Source of the DNA: Candidatus Parcubacteria bacterium
Lineage (GTDB): Bacteria > Patescibacteriota > Minisyncoccia > UBA6257 > JAGOQP01
Assembly: GCA_025999395.1 (NCBI GenBank)
Contig: AP024682.1
Span: 237,638-301,637 of the forward strand
Direction of reading: 5' to 3'
DNA length: 64,000 bases
Of the stretch, positions 8,717-18,187 are shown one piece after another. A program made the position numbers and the translations under genes. The notes below the pieces were generated by a model. That model saw nothing but the letters and a program-made list of their open reading frames with translations. It searched no databases and was not told where the DNA came from. Every line of letters starts with the position of its first letter. Within the stretch, counting starts at the first letter, position 1.

Positions 8717-9976
8717 ATGTATCTAACGGCGATTGATTTAGGCTCAGCTCAAATTAAGGCTTTGGTTTCGGAGGTCAAAAAAGATGGCTCATTGGCGATT
8801 TTGAAAGTGGTTAAAAGAAAATCGGCCGGCATTAAAAGGGGCGAGATAGTATCTTGCGAGGAATTAGTTAAAGAGTTAATCGAGGTTTTGGAAGAAATTA
8901 AGCATTTTGATAAAAAGAGTTTAAAAAGCGTAGTTTTTGGAATTTCGGGAACTAAATCGCGGTTTAATGTTTCCCGAGCGGCCGTTTCTATTCCCCGTCC
9001 CAATTTTGAGATTTTACAGGAGGATGTGGATCGGGTGATTAGAGAATCAATGGCAATTAATCTTCCTGCTGGTTGGCAAATTATTCATTCTTTGCCGAGA
9101 GAATTCATTATCGATGATATTGAAGTGGAAGGGATGGATGTGGTGGGACTTTCGGGGAGGAAATTAGAAGCTAATGTAGTTTTAATCTCTGTTTTTTCTT
9201 CGATTTACAATAATTTTTTGAAAACAAAAAATTTAATTTTTGGAAAAAAGAATGATTACGATGGGGGAATTATCTTTTCTCCCTTAGCGGCAGCGCGAGC
9301 AGTTCTTTCTAGTCACCAAAAAGATTTGGGGGTGGCGCTGATCGATATTGGTTGGGGGACAACCTCTTTAAGTGTTTGGCAGGAAGGAAGAATTTTGATG
9401 ACAAAAGTATTACCTGTTGGCTCTGGCAATATCACTAATGATTTAGCCGTTGGTCTTAAGTGTTCTCCTGAAGCAGCCGAAGAAATAAAAGTTTCTTTGG
9501 GGTTTGCTTTGGCGCGAGAAGTTTCTTCGAAAGAAAAGGTTGATTTGGAAATAGGGGAAGAAACAATCGAAGTTTCCAAAAGATACATTGCTGAAATTAT
9601 TGAAGCTCGAATCGTAGAGATTTTTAATTTAGTTGGTCAGGAATTAAAAAATATCGGCCGTTGGGCTAAGCTTCCGGCGGGGGTGGTTTTAAGTGGCGGC
9701 GGAGCTAAGTTGGCTGGAGTTTCAGATTTAGCTAGACAAGAGCTAAAGCTTTCAGCTCAGTTAGGTTTGCCAGCAATGGAGGAATTTGAGATTGCCAATC
9801 AAATCATTGAATCTCAGCTAAATGATCCGGAAATGGCGGTGGCGGCGGGATTACTTTTGGCACGGGTAGATAATTTGTTTAGAAAAGGCTTTAGCTCTTC
9901 TTCAAGGATTGGCTCTCGATTAATAGATGAGCCGTGGTGGAAAAAAATTTTTAAAACCTTTATGATTTCTGATTAA
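8717..9976 (+). CDS. ftsA: Cell division protein FtsA.
   Basis: Actin-fold start AIDLGSAQIKALV and a 419-aa length. It lies immediately upstream of ftsZ. Confidence 0.85.
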   Translation: MYLTAIDLGSAQIKALVSEVKKDGSLAILKVVKRKSAGIKRGEIVSCEELVKELIEVLEEIKHFDKKSLKSVVFGISGTKSRFNVSRAAVSIPRPNFEILQEDVDRVIRESMAINLPAGWQIIHSLPREFIIDDIEVEGMDVVGLSGRKLEANVVLISVFSSIYNNFLKTKNLIFGKKNDYDGGIIFSPLAAARAVLSSHQKDLGVALIDIGWGTTSLSVWQEGRILMTKVLPVGSGNITNDLAVGLKCSPEAAEEIKVSLGFALAREVSSKEKVDLEIGEETIEVSKRYIAEIIEARIVEIFNLVGQELKNIGRWAKLPAGVVLSGGGAKLAGVSDLARQELKLSAQLGLPAMEEFEIANQIIESQLNDPEMAVAAGLLLARVDNLFRKGFSSSSRIGSRLIDEPWWKKIFKTFMISD

Positions 9977-9980
9977 GAGT

Positions 9981-11285
9981 ATGAGAAAAAATAAAAGAGT
10001 AAGAAAAATAAAAAAGAAAGGGAAGATTTTAAAGAAAGAAATTAAACTAAAAAAGGAAACTAAGAAAGAAAAATCCCTTTCCACTCCTTCTTTGATTTTG
10101 AAGAATAAAAAGAAGAATGCTTTTCCTTTAGCTAAAATTAAAGTGGTGGGAGTGGGAGGAGCGGGAGGAAATGTTATCTCCCGAATGTTTGATTATTTTC
10201 CTCGGGGAATAGATTTGGTAGCTATCAATACTGATCTTCAAGATTTGGAAAATTGTTTAGCCAAGAGAAAGGTTTATATCGGCAAGCAAGTAACCAAAGG
10301 ATTAGGAGCGGGGATGAACCCAGAATTAGGACGACAGGCAGCTTACGAAAGCAAAGAGGAGATTGCTAAAATTTTAGAAGGAGCCGATTTAGTTTTTTTA
10401 ACTGCTGGTTTGGGGGGAGGAACGGGTAGCGGAGCTTTGCCGGTAATTGCCGAAATTGCTCAAGAGTTGGGGGTTTTAACAATTGCGGTAGTAACCAAAC
10501 CCTTTGCCTTTGAAGGAGCTCAAAGAAGTCAAATTGCTCAGGAAGCTTTAAGCCATTTAAGAGAAAAGGTAGATGCTTTAATTACTATTGCCAATGATCG
10601 CATCTTTTTGATTATTGATAAAGAAACCTCTCTTCAAAAAGCTTTTGAGGCAATTGATGAAGTTTTAAAAAATGCGGTCTTGGGAATCACCGAGATTATT
10701 GTCTCACCGGGAATAATTAATGTTGATTTTGCTGATGTGAGAACAATTGTAAAAAATTCCGGCTCAGCCATTATTGGAGTAGGGATAGCTTCAGGCAAAG
10801 AAAGAGCGCTGACAGCAGCTAATTTGGCTTTAAATTCTCCTTTGCTGGAAACTTCAATCGATGGAGCGAAGGGAATTCTTTTTTCCGTTTCTGGTCATCG
10901 AGATTTGAAAATGTATGAGATAAATGAAATTGCCAAAGTAATCTCTGAAAGTGTTGATCCTAATGCCAAAATCATCTTTGGAACTTACTACGATAAAAAG
11001 TTAGATAAGGGTCAAATAAAAGTAACCCTCATTGCCACTGGCTTTGGTTCTCTTTTAGGAAGAACCGCTCCTCTTTTCGAGGATTTCTCTTATCGGTCTT
11101 TGGGGAAAAATCCAATTAGCTTTGAAAGTGGTTTGGGTTCTAGTAAAATAGAGAAAGAATCTTTGGTTTCTGATAAAGAAAGCTCTTCTAGTAAAAAAGA
11201 AAAAGAAATAGTTGAACCTCAAGAGGAAAAAGAGGAGGATTTTTGGGAAATTCCGGCTTTTTTAAGAAAGAAGAAAAAGAGATAA
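9981..11285 (+). CDS. ftsZ: Cell division GTPase FtsZ. The annotated start gives a Lys-rich extension of about 60 aa, so the start is uncertain.
   Basis: GVGGAGGNVISRM tubulin signature, GGGTGSG and NTDLQ. There is no internal ATG before the GTPase core. A TTG start near 10075 is an alternative. Confidence 0.85.
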   Translation: MRKNKRVRKIKKKGKILKKEIKLKKETKKEKSLSTPSLILKNKKKNAFPLAKIKVVGVGGAGGNVISRMFDYFPRGIDLVAINTDLQDLENCLAKRKVYIGKQVTKGLGAGMNPELGRQAAYESKEEIAKILEGADLVFLTAGLGGGTGSGALPVIAEIAQELGVLTIAVVTKPFAFEGAQRSQIAQEALSHLREKVDALITIANDRIFLIIDKETSLQKAFEAIDEVLKNAVLGITEIIVSPGIINVDFADVRTIVKNSGSAIIGVGIASGKERALTAANLALNSPLLETSIDGAKGILFSVSGHRDLKMYEINEIAKVISESVDPNAKIIFGTYYDKKLDKGQIKVTLIATGFGSLLGRTAPLFEDFSYRSLGKNPISFESGLGSSKIEKESLVSDKESSSSKKEKEIVEPQEEKEEDFWEIPAFLRKKKKR

Positions 11286-11439
11286 TTTGAGTAGCTGGAG
11301 TTTTTTTGGTTTTGGGTTATAATAGTTCTTAAAAACGATGAGGTTAAGACTTAAAGGATTGATTAAGAAAGGAGGGGAAGAATAAAATTTTTGTTCTTAT
11401 TGATTCTCTGGGGATTAATAAATAATTCTTTTCAAACAT

Positions 11440-14211
11440 ATGGCGCTTAACAAAACCTCAAAAAAATCTCACCCTTCTTTCTCTCACTCTTTTTCTTTAA
11501 CGCGTTTCTTTACTAAAAAAGGCGTTTCTCCATTCGATGAAGTACGCTGGGTGAAAAGAGATGCAAAGGTGGGTAGTTTTGAGCAAAAGGAAGTAGAATT
11601 TCCTGATTTTTGGTCAGAAAATGCTGTGAATATTACTGCCTCTAAATATTTTCGTGGCAAACTAGGCACTCCTCAAAGAGAAACCAGCTTAAAGCAAATG
11701 ATTAGTCGGGTTACCAAAACTCTTCGCAAGTGGGGTAAAGAGTTTGGTTATTTTGAAAATAATTCTCAGGCCCAAATTTTTGAAGATGAGCTAACTTATT
11801 TGATCTTACATCAGATGGGGACCTTTAATAGCCCAGTTTGGTTTAATGTTGGAGTTAAAGAAAAGCCTCAATGCTCAGCTTGTTTTATTCTTTCGGTTGA
11901 AGATGATATGAATTCTATTCTAGATTGGATAAAAACTGAGGGAATGATTTTTAAAGGCGGATCGGGAGCGGGGATTAATCTTTCTCCCTTGCGCTCAAAA
12001 AGGGAACCCTTATCAGGAGGAGGAATGGCTTCCGGCCCGGTTTCCTTTATGAGAGGAGCGGATGCGGTAGCAGGAATGATTAAATCAGGAGGCACTACTC
12101 GCCGGGCAGCCAAGATGGTTATTTTAAACATTGACCATCCCGATATTGTTGAATTTATTCGCTGTAAAGCGGAAGAAGAGAAAAAAATCAGAGCTTTGAT
12201 TGAAGCTGGCTTTGATATGAGCGATTTAAATAACGAAGCCTGGCACTCAATTCAATTTCAAAATGCAAATAATTCTGTAAGAATCCCGGATGAGTTTATG
12301 AAAGCGGTTGAAGAAGATGGTGTCTGGCAAACTCGCTTTCGCACCACTGGAGAGGTGGCTGATACTTACCGAGCTCGCGATCTTTTAAATGAAATTGCTC
12401 AAGCGGCTTGGGAATCAGGAGATCCGGGGGTTCAGTTTGATACTACTATCAATGATTGGCATACTTGCCCTAATTCTGGAAGAATCAACGCTTCTAATCC
12501 TTGCTCGGAATATATGCATTTGGATAATTCAGCTTGTAATTTGGCGTCTTTGAATCTTCTAAAATTTCTGAGAGACGATGGTAGCTTTGATACTAAAGCC
12601 TTTAAGCAAGCAGTTGATATCTTTATTTTAGCTCAAGACATTATTGTTGATGGCTCAAGTTATCCAACTCATAAAATTGCTCAAAACGCTCACAATTTCC
12701 GCCAATTGGGATTAGGATTTTCTAATTTAGGGGCGCTTTTGATGACTAAGGGAATCCCTTACGACTCTGATCAAGGCCGAGCTTGGGCAGCAACGATTGC
12801 TTCTTTGATGTCGGGAGAGGCTTATTACTTTTCTGCGCGGTTGGCAAAAAAATTAGGGCCTTTTGAAGGATTTACCATTAATCGTGAACCGATGCTTAGA
12901 GTGATTGAAAAACACGCTCTTGCTTCTCAACAAATTGACGGTTTATCTTTGGATGATAAAGATCTTTTTAAGGAAGCTCAATTAGTTTGGCAAAAGGCTT
13001 TGGCTTTAGGAAAAGAGGCTGGTTTTCGAAATTCTCAGGTAACAGTAATTGCTCCTACTGGAACCATTTCCTTTATGATGGATTGTGATACTACAGGAAT
13101 AGAGCCAGATTTTTCTTTAGTGAAGATGAAGCAGTTAGTCGGAGGAGGGTGGATGAAAATTGTTAATAGCAGTGTTAAGCGCGCTCTTTTGAATTTAGGA
13201 TATAGTGAGGAGGTAGCGGAAGAAATTATCTCTTGGATTTACGAAAAAGGAACTATCGAAGGAGCACCTCAATTAAAAGAAGAACATTTGCCTGTTTTTG
13301 ATTGTGCTATTCGGCCCTCGGGAGGAACGCGCTCAATTTCTTGGAAGGGTCATGTAAAGATGGTGGCTGCTGTTCAACCTTTTATTTCGGGAGCTATTTC
13401 CAAAACTTTCAATATGCCTTATGAAACTACCAAAGAAGAAATTGCCGAAGCTTATTTGATGGCTTGGAAGATGGGGATTAAAGCTTTTGCGGTTTATCGA
13501 GACGGTTCAAAAGCGGCTCAACCTCTAAGCACGGCTGATAGTAAGAAGGAAAAAAGCAAGGAGAAGATCAATGTTATTCGTCGCCATCTGCCGCCTACTC
13601 GTCAATCAGAAACTCATAAATTTTCAATCGCTGGCCATGAGGGTTATCTTACTTATAGTACTTTTGAAGATGGTTCGCTGGCAGAAATCTTTATTCGTGT
13701 TTCCAAACAAGGAAGCACTTTAGCAGGATTACTAGATGCTTTTGCGATTTCTATCTCGATGGCTTTACAGTACGGGGTTCCTCTTAAAAGTTTGGCTTCT
13801 AAGTTTATCTACAGTCGGTTTGAGCCTTCTGGTTTTACCCAAAATCCCAAAATTCGAATTGCTACTAGTATCATTGACTACATTTTCCGTTATTTAGCCT
13901 TAAGATTTTTGAGCACTGAGGATTTAATTGATTTAGGAATCGCGCCTTTAGCTTTGGAAGAAGGAAACACTTATCAAAACGGAGATCAAAATAATCTTTT
14001 AAAAGCTAAAGAAAATTCGGAGCCGGTGGAAGCCACTGTTTTTTCTTCAAAGGATGGCGCCTCAGAAATGATTTCAAGTGAATCTTCTAAAAAATCGGCA
14101 GAAGGAGTAGTTGGAGAATCTGTTTGCCGCAAATGTGGAGGAATGATGGTGCGTACCGGCACCTGTATGACTTGTCTTCAGTGCGGAACCTCTTCAGGGG
14201 GATGTTCTTAA
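11440..14211 (+). CDS. nrdJ: Class II (adenosylcobalamin-dependent) ribonucleotide reductase NrdJ.
   Basis: NPCSEYMHLDNSACNLASLNL active-site region. The C-terminal Cys cluster CRKCGG...CMTCLQCG is typical of monomeric NrdJ. Length is 923 aa. Confidence 0.8.
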   Translation: MALNKTSKKSHPSFSHSFSLTRFFTKKGVSPFDEVRWVKRDAKVGSFEQKEVEFPDFWSENAVNITASKYFRGKLGTPQRETSLKQMISRVTKTLRKWGKEFGYFENNSQAQIFEDELTYLILHQMGTFNSPVWFNVGVKEKPQCSACFILSVEDDMNSILDWIKTEGMIFKGGSGAGINLSPLRSKREPLSGGGMASGPVSFMRGADAVAGMIKSGGTTRRAAKMVILNIDHPDIVEFIRCKAEEEKKIRALIEAGFDMSDLNNEAWHSIQFQNANNSVRIPDEFMKAVEEDGVWQTRFRTTGEVADTYRARDLLNEIAQAAWESGDPGVQFDTTINDWHTCPNSGRINASNPCSEYMHLDNSACNLASLNLLKFLRDDGSFDTKAFKQAVDIFILAQDIIVDGSSYPTHKIAQNAHNFRQLGLGFSNLGALLMTKGIPYDSDQGRAWAATIASLMSGEAYYFSARLAKKLGPFEGFTINREPMLRVIEKHALASQQIDGLSLDDKDLFKEAQLVWQKALALGKEAGFRNSQVTVIAPTGTISFMMDCDTTGIEPDFSLVKMKQLVGGGWMKIVNSSVKRALLNLGYSEEVAEEIISWIYEKGTIEGAPQLKEEHLPVFDCAIRPSGGTRSISWKGHVKMVAAVQPFISGAISKTFNMPYETTKEEIAEAYLMAWKMGIKAFAVYRDGSKAAQPLSTADSKKEKSKEKINVIRRHLPPTRQSETHKFSIAGHEGYLTYSTFEDGSLAEIFIRVSKQGSTLAGLLDAFAISISMALQYGVPLKSLASKFIYSRFEPSGFTQNPKIRIATSIIDYIFRYLALRFLSTEDLIDLGIAPLALEEGNTYQNGDQNNLLKAKENSEPVEATVFSSKDGASEMISSESSKKSAEGVVGESVCRKCGGMMVRTGTCMTCLQCGTSSGGCS

Positions 14212-14263
14212 AAAGAAGAATTTTCTTCTAATCTTTAGAAATTTAGAAAGCTTTTAAAACAAA

Positions 14264-14767
14264 GTGCTTATGCTGTCCTTTTTTCTTAGAAAGTTCCCTC
14301 TTTTTGTTGCTGGCCTTTCTTTGATTGGTCTTTTAGATTCCTTTTTTATTGTTTTAAAGACTAATCAAGCTAAGTCGACGGGAACAATTTCCTGTGCGGT
14401 CACAGATGGCTGTGGAAATGTTCTTTTCTCTTCTTACTCTAAGTTTTTAGGAATTCCTTTGGGGGTTTGGGGGGCGATTTATTATTTTCTTTTAACTCTT
14501 TTAGCGTTTTTTCTTTTCTTTTATTTGAAAAAAAGTTTAGAAAGCAAAGAAAAAGAACCTTTCTTATCTTTTTTTGCTAAACTTTTTCTTTTGTGGGTGG
14601 GGGGAGGATTTCTTTTTTCTTTGTATCTTTTTTATGTTCAGAAATTTGTTTTAAATTCTCTTTGTTTTTACTGCTTAATTTCTTTTGTTGATATCAGCTT
14701 AATCTTTTTTTTGACTTCCTTCTTTTTTCTAAGAGAAAAAATCTTCTTTTTCAAGGATAATTCTTAA
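14264..14767 (+). CDS. Vitamin K epoxide reductase (VKOR)-family membrane oxidoreductase.
   Basis: Loop Cys pair CAVTDGC, GIPLGVWG, and a CXXC (CFYC) at the start of the last TM. Four or five predicted TM helices. Confidence 0.55.
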   Translation: MLMLSFFLRKFPLFVAGLSLIGLLDSFFIVLKTNQAKSTGTISCAVTDGCGNVLFSSYSKFLGIPLGVWGAIYYFLLTLLAFFLFFYLKKSLESKEKEPFLSFFAKLFLLWVGGGFLFSLYLFYVQKFVLNSLCFYCLISFVDISLIFFLTSFFFLREKIFFFKDNS

Positions 14768-14793
14768 AAGAGTAAGAAGCTCTTGTTTTTTTT
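14768..14793 (+). terminator. Rho-independent terminator after the VKOR gene.
   Basis: AAGAG-taagaag-CTCTT hairpin followed by G and a T8 run. Confidence 0.4.
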
Positions 14794-14819
14794 CTTTTCT
14801 CTTGTTATATTAGATTTCG

Positions 14820-16067
14820 ATGAAAAAGAGAAAAGCTCTTTTTTTATTGATTTTTGTTTTTTTAGCCAGCGTTGTTGGCGCTTTTTTTGTTTATCCTCAA
14901 AATTTAATTTCTCGTCTTTATCAGCTTAGTCCTTGGAAATTGGGATTAGATATTGTAGGAGGGGCTCATCTTACTTATAAAGTAGATACCTCTAATTTGT
15001 CAGAGACCGACATTGATGAAACCATTGCTGGCTTAAGAGATGTTATTGAAAGAAGAATTAATCTTTTTGGAGTGAGAGAACCACAGGTAGCAATTTCCAA
15101 GAGTGGAGGAGAATACTATATTATTGTGGAGCTTTCGGGAGTTTCTGATCTTTCTCAAGCTATTAATGAAATTGGCACCACTCCTTATCTTGATTTTAGG
15201 GAAATTCAAGGAGAGGGAGAAAAGGCTTCTTATGTTCCTACCGGATTAAATGGCCGCCACATTAAATCTGCTCGACTTGACTTTAATCAAACTACTGGTC
15301 AGGCGCAGGTAGCTTTAACTTTAAACAAAGAAGGAGCGGAACTTTTTGAAAAAATTACCGAAAGAAATGTGGGAAAAATTGTAGGGATTTTTCTTGACGG
15401 GTTTCCTATTAGCCAACCTCGGGTTAATGAAAAAATTACTGGTGGACAAGCGGTAATCACCGGCGATTTCACTCTCAAAGAAGCAAAAGCTTTAGTAGAA
15501 AGGTTAAATGCTGGAGCTTTGCCAGCACCAATTACTTTGGTTGATCAGCAAACGATTGGAGCAAGTTTGGGTAAGGATTCTTTGAAAAAATCAATTCTCG
15601 CAGGAATTGTGGGGGCGGCTTTGGTGGTAATTTTTATGATCGGTTATTATCGTTTCTTTGGATTGTTAGCTTCGATAGCGCTTTTAATTTATGTAATTTT
15701 TTCTCTTTCTATTTTTAAAATCTTTGTAACTTTGACTTTGGCTGGGATCGCAGGTTTCTTGCTTTCTATTGGAATGGCGGTGGATGCCAATATTCTTATT
15801 TTTGAAAGGATTAAAGAAGAGTTAAGGAGGGGATTAACTAGAACTTCAGCTATCGCTCAGGGGTTTAAAAGAGCTTGGCCTTCCATTCGTGATTCTAACA
15901 TTAGTACTATTATCACTTGTTTGATTCTTTTTAATACCACCTCTGGATTTGTAAAGGGATTAGCCTTAACTTTGCTTTTGGGTGTTTTGGTAAGTATGTT
16001 TACTGCTATTACTGTGACGCGAAGCCTTTTGACGGTATTTGTAAGGGAAGAAAGAAAAGAGGCTTAA
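14820..16067 (+). CDS. secD: Protein translocase subunit SecD.
   Basis: N-terminal TM, periplasmic domain, C-terminal 6-TM bundle. LDIVGGAHLTYKVD start is typical, and the gene is followed by secF. Confidence 0.85.
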   Translation: MKKRKALFLLIFVFLASVVGAFFVYPQNLISRLYQLSPWKLGLDIVGGAHLTYKVDTSNLSETDIDETIAGLRDVIERRINLFGVREPQVAISKSGGEYYIIVELSGVSDLSQAINEIGTTPYLDFREIQGEGEKASYVPTGLNGRHIKSARLDFNQTTGQAQVALTLNKEGAELFEKITERNVGKIVGIFLDGFPISQPRVNEKITGGQAVITGDFTLKEAKALVERLNAGALPAPITLVDQQTIGASLGKDSLKKSILAGIVGAALVVIFMIGYYRFFGLLASIALLIYVIFSLSIFKIFVTLTLAGIAGFLLSIGMAVDANILIFERIKEELRRGLTRTSAIAQGFKRAWPSIRDSNISTIITCLILFNTTSGFVKGLALTLLLGVLVSMFTAITVTRSLLTVFVREERKEA

Positions 16068-16083
16068 AGTAATTTTTAAAAAT

Positions 16084-16986
16084 ATGTTAAACATTATCTC
16101 TAAAAAATATCTATTTCTTTCTTTTTCTGGGATTCTGATTTTAACCTCGCTGGTGGGGATTTTGCTTTTTGGTTTTAAATTGGCTATTGATTTTACCGGG
16201 GGAACTGCTTGGCAAATTAAGTTGGAAAATAAAGATGTCAGCGCTTCTCAATTAAAAGATTTTTTTGCTTCTCAATTAAAGGTGGAGAATCCTTTGGTTT
16301 TAGAAGAAATTTCTTCTCGTTCTTTCATTGTTCGATTGCCTCATCTTTCAGAGCAGCAACACCAAGAGTATCTTTCGGCTTTGACTGAAAAATTTGGTAA
16401 GGTAGAAGAATTGCGATTTGGTTCGATTGGACCAGTGATTGGAAAACAGCTTAGAGAAAAATCAATTATTGCTACTCTTCTAGTTCTTTTGGGAATTTCT
16501 CTTTATATTGCTTTTTCTTTTCGACAAGTTTCTTTTCCGGTTCGTTCTTGGAAGTACGGGGTGATTACTTTAGTTACTCTTTTTCATGATGTTCTGATTC
16601 CTAGCGGAGTGGTTGCTTATTTAGGCCACTTTAAGGGAGTGGAGTTGGATGTAAATTTTGTTATTGCTCTTTTGGTGATTATGGGTTTTTCGGTTCATGA
16701 TACAATCGTAGTTTTTGATAGAATTAGAGAAAATCTTCTTTTGAAAAAAGGTACAAAAGCTTTTGATGAAATTGTTAACGATAGCGTTAATCAAACTTTA
16801 GCTCGTTCAATAAACACTTCTTTGACCTTAATTTTAGTACTGGTAGCGATGCTATTGGCAGGACCCGCTTCTCTCAAGCTGTTTGTCTTAATTATTTTAA
16901 TTGGAACAGTGGTAGGAACTTATTCTTCTATCTTTGTTGCTAGTCCCTTATTGACTATTTGGCAAAGATTTGGTAAAAATAAGTAG
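16084..16986 (+). CDS. secF: Protein translocase subunit SecF.
   Basis: DFTGGTAWQI and HDVLIPSGV...VVFDRIREN are SecF signatures. Confidence 0.85.
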   Translation: MLNIISKKYLFLSFSGILILTSLVGILLFGFKLAIDFTGGTAWQIKLENKDVSASQLKDFFASQLKVENPLVLEEISSRSFIVRLPHLSEQQHQEYLSALTEKFGKVEELRFGSIGPVIGKQLREKSIIATLLVLLGISLYIAFSFRQVSFPVRSWKYGVITLVTLFHDVLIPSGVVAYLGHFKGVELDVNFVIALLVIMGFSVHDTIVVFDRIRENLLLKKGTKAFDEIVNDSVNQTLARSINTSLTLILVLVAMLLAGPASLKLFVLIILIGTVVGTYSSIFVASPLLTIWQRFGKNK

Positions 16987-17061
16987 TCTTTTTGAAAGAA
17001 AGAAGGAGATTTTTGAAAAAATAGTTGAAAAAGCCTGAATTAATTATTAAAACAAGTTTTT

Positions 17062-18111
17062 TTGTTACTTTTATTTGCTGAAATTATGAAGTTAACAGAA
17101 TCTTTAAACCGCCTAATCAAAGAATTAAATGAGCGTCAAAGAGAAGTAATTGTCCACCGATTTGGGATCGAAACAGCTCCTAAAACTCTGGCTCAATTAG
17201 GAAAAAAATACAAAGTTACTCGAGAAAGAGTGCGTCAGATAGAAGCGATGGGGCTGAAGTCTTTAAGAAAAAAAGCTCAGGGAGACGACTCTTTGAAAAA
17301 ACATTTTGAAGTGTTGGTTAATTATTTGGAAGAGTTAGGGGGGGTGCGACGAGTTGACTTGTTAGCTAGCGATGCTCAATTGATCTTTAAAGATCCTAAA
17401 ATCTCTTCTTCTTATTTAGAGCTTCTTTTTGTTATTTTTGAAAAACCTCATCTTTTTTCTGAAAACAAGGATTTTTACTCTTTTTGGTACCTCTCTCCCA
17501 AACACTTAAAAAACAATCTTGATTTTGTTAAAAAACTTCTCAAGTTTTTAAAGGACAAAAAAGAAGAGGTTTTAGAGAAAAGGTTATTTGATTATCTTTT
17601 TTCCCAAGTGGTTAAAGAGCATTCTTTAAGCGATTTTGTGGCTTTGAATTTTATTCAAAATTCCAAGAGATTTGCTACTAATCCCTTTGGAGATTTTGGT
17701 TTGGCCGAATGGAGAGAAATTCTTCCCAAAACAGTGCGTGATAAGTCTTATTTAATTCTTAAGAAGAGAAAAACCCCCATGCACTTTAGAGAAATTGCTC
17801 AGGAGATTAACAAAATCGGGTTTGATCACCGTCGGGCTCATCCTCAAACAGTTCATAACGAACTAATCAAAGATCCGCGGTTTGTTCTGGTAGGAAGGGG
17901 GCTTTACTCTTTAAGGGAATTTGGAATTATTCCGGGAACCACCCGGGAGATTTTAAAGAAAATTTTAAAGACTCATGGTCCTTTGCCTTTGGAAAAAATT
18001 ATTGAATTAGTTTCTCAGCAAAGAGTAATCAAACACAATACAATTTTGCTTAACTTAGCTAATCGAAAGCATTTTAAGAAAACGGAAGACGGTTTATATC
18101 GAGTGGCTTAA
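17062..18111 (+). CDS. DNA-binding protein with an N-terminal sigma70 region-4-like HTH and a C-terminal HARE-HTH-like winged helix. The likely true start is ATG 17086.
   Basis: The N-terminus RQREVIVHRFGIETAPKTLAQLGKKYKVTRERVRQIEAMGLKSLRK closely matches sigma70 region 4.2. The C-terminus PMHFREIAQEINKIGFDHRRAHPQTVHNELIKDPRFVLVGRGLYSLREFG matches the HARE-HTH pattern (PMhxkEIaeeIlexg...tVsaaLskD.RFxrvgrGvYaLre). Confidence 0.5.
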   Translation: MLLLFAEIMKLTESLNRLIKELNERQREVIVHRFGIETAPKTLAQLGKKYKVTRERVRQIEAMGLKSLRKKAQGDDSLKKHFEVLVNYLEELGGVRRVDLLASDAQLIFKDPKISSSYLELLFVIFEKPHLFSENKDFYSFWYLSPKHLKNNLDFVKKLLKFLKDKKEEVLEKRLFDYLFSQVVKEHSLSDFVALNFIQNSKRFATNPFGDFGLAEWREILPKTVRDKSYLILKKRKTPMHFREIAQEINKIGFDHRRAHPQTVHNELIKDPRFVLVGRGLYSLREFGIIPGTTREILKKILKTHGPLPLEKIIELVSQQRVIKHNTILLNLANRKHFKKTEDGLYRVA

Positions 18112-18129
18112 AATTTGATATTGAGATAG

Positions 18130-18163
18130 AGAAGCCGCTTTTTTAAAGCGGCTCTTTTTATTT
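18130..18163 (+). terminator. Rho-independent terminator after the HTH gene.
   Basis: AGCCGCTTTTTTAAAGCGGCT hairpin followed by CTTTTTATTT. Confidence 0.5.
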
Positions 18164-18187
18164 AGCGCTTTTCATCTCTCGATTTTT

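Noticed and set aside
11286-11439. Cobalamin riboswitch or NrdR box upstream of nrdJ.
   Set aside because: There is no B12-box-like element or palindromic NrdR-box pair in the 154-nt leader, and only a purine-rich RBS region is seen.
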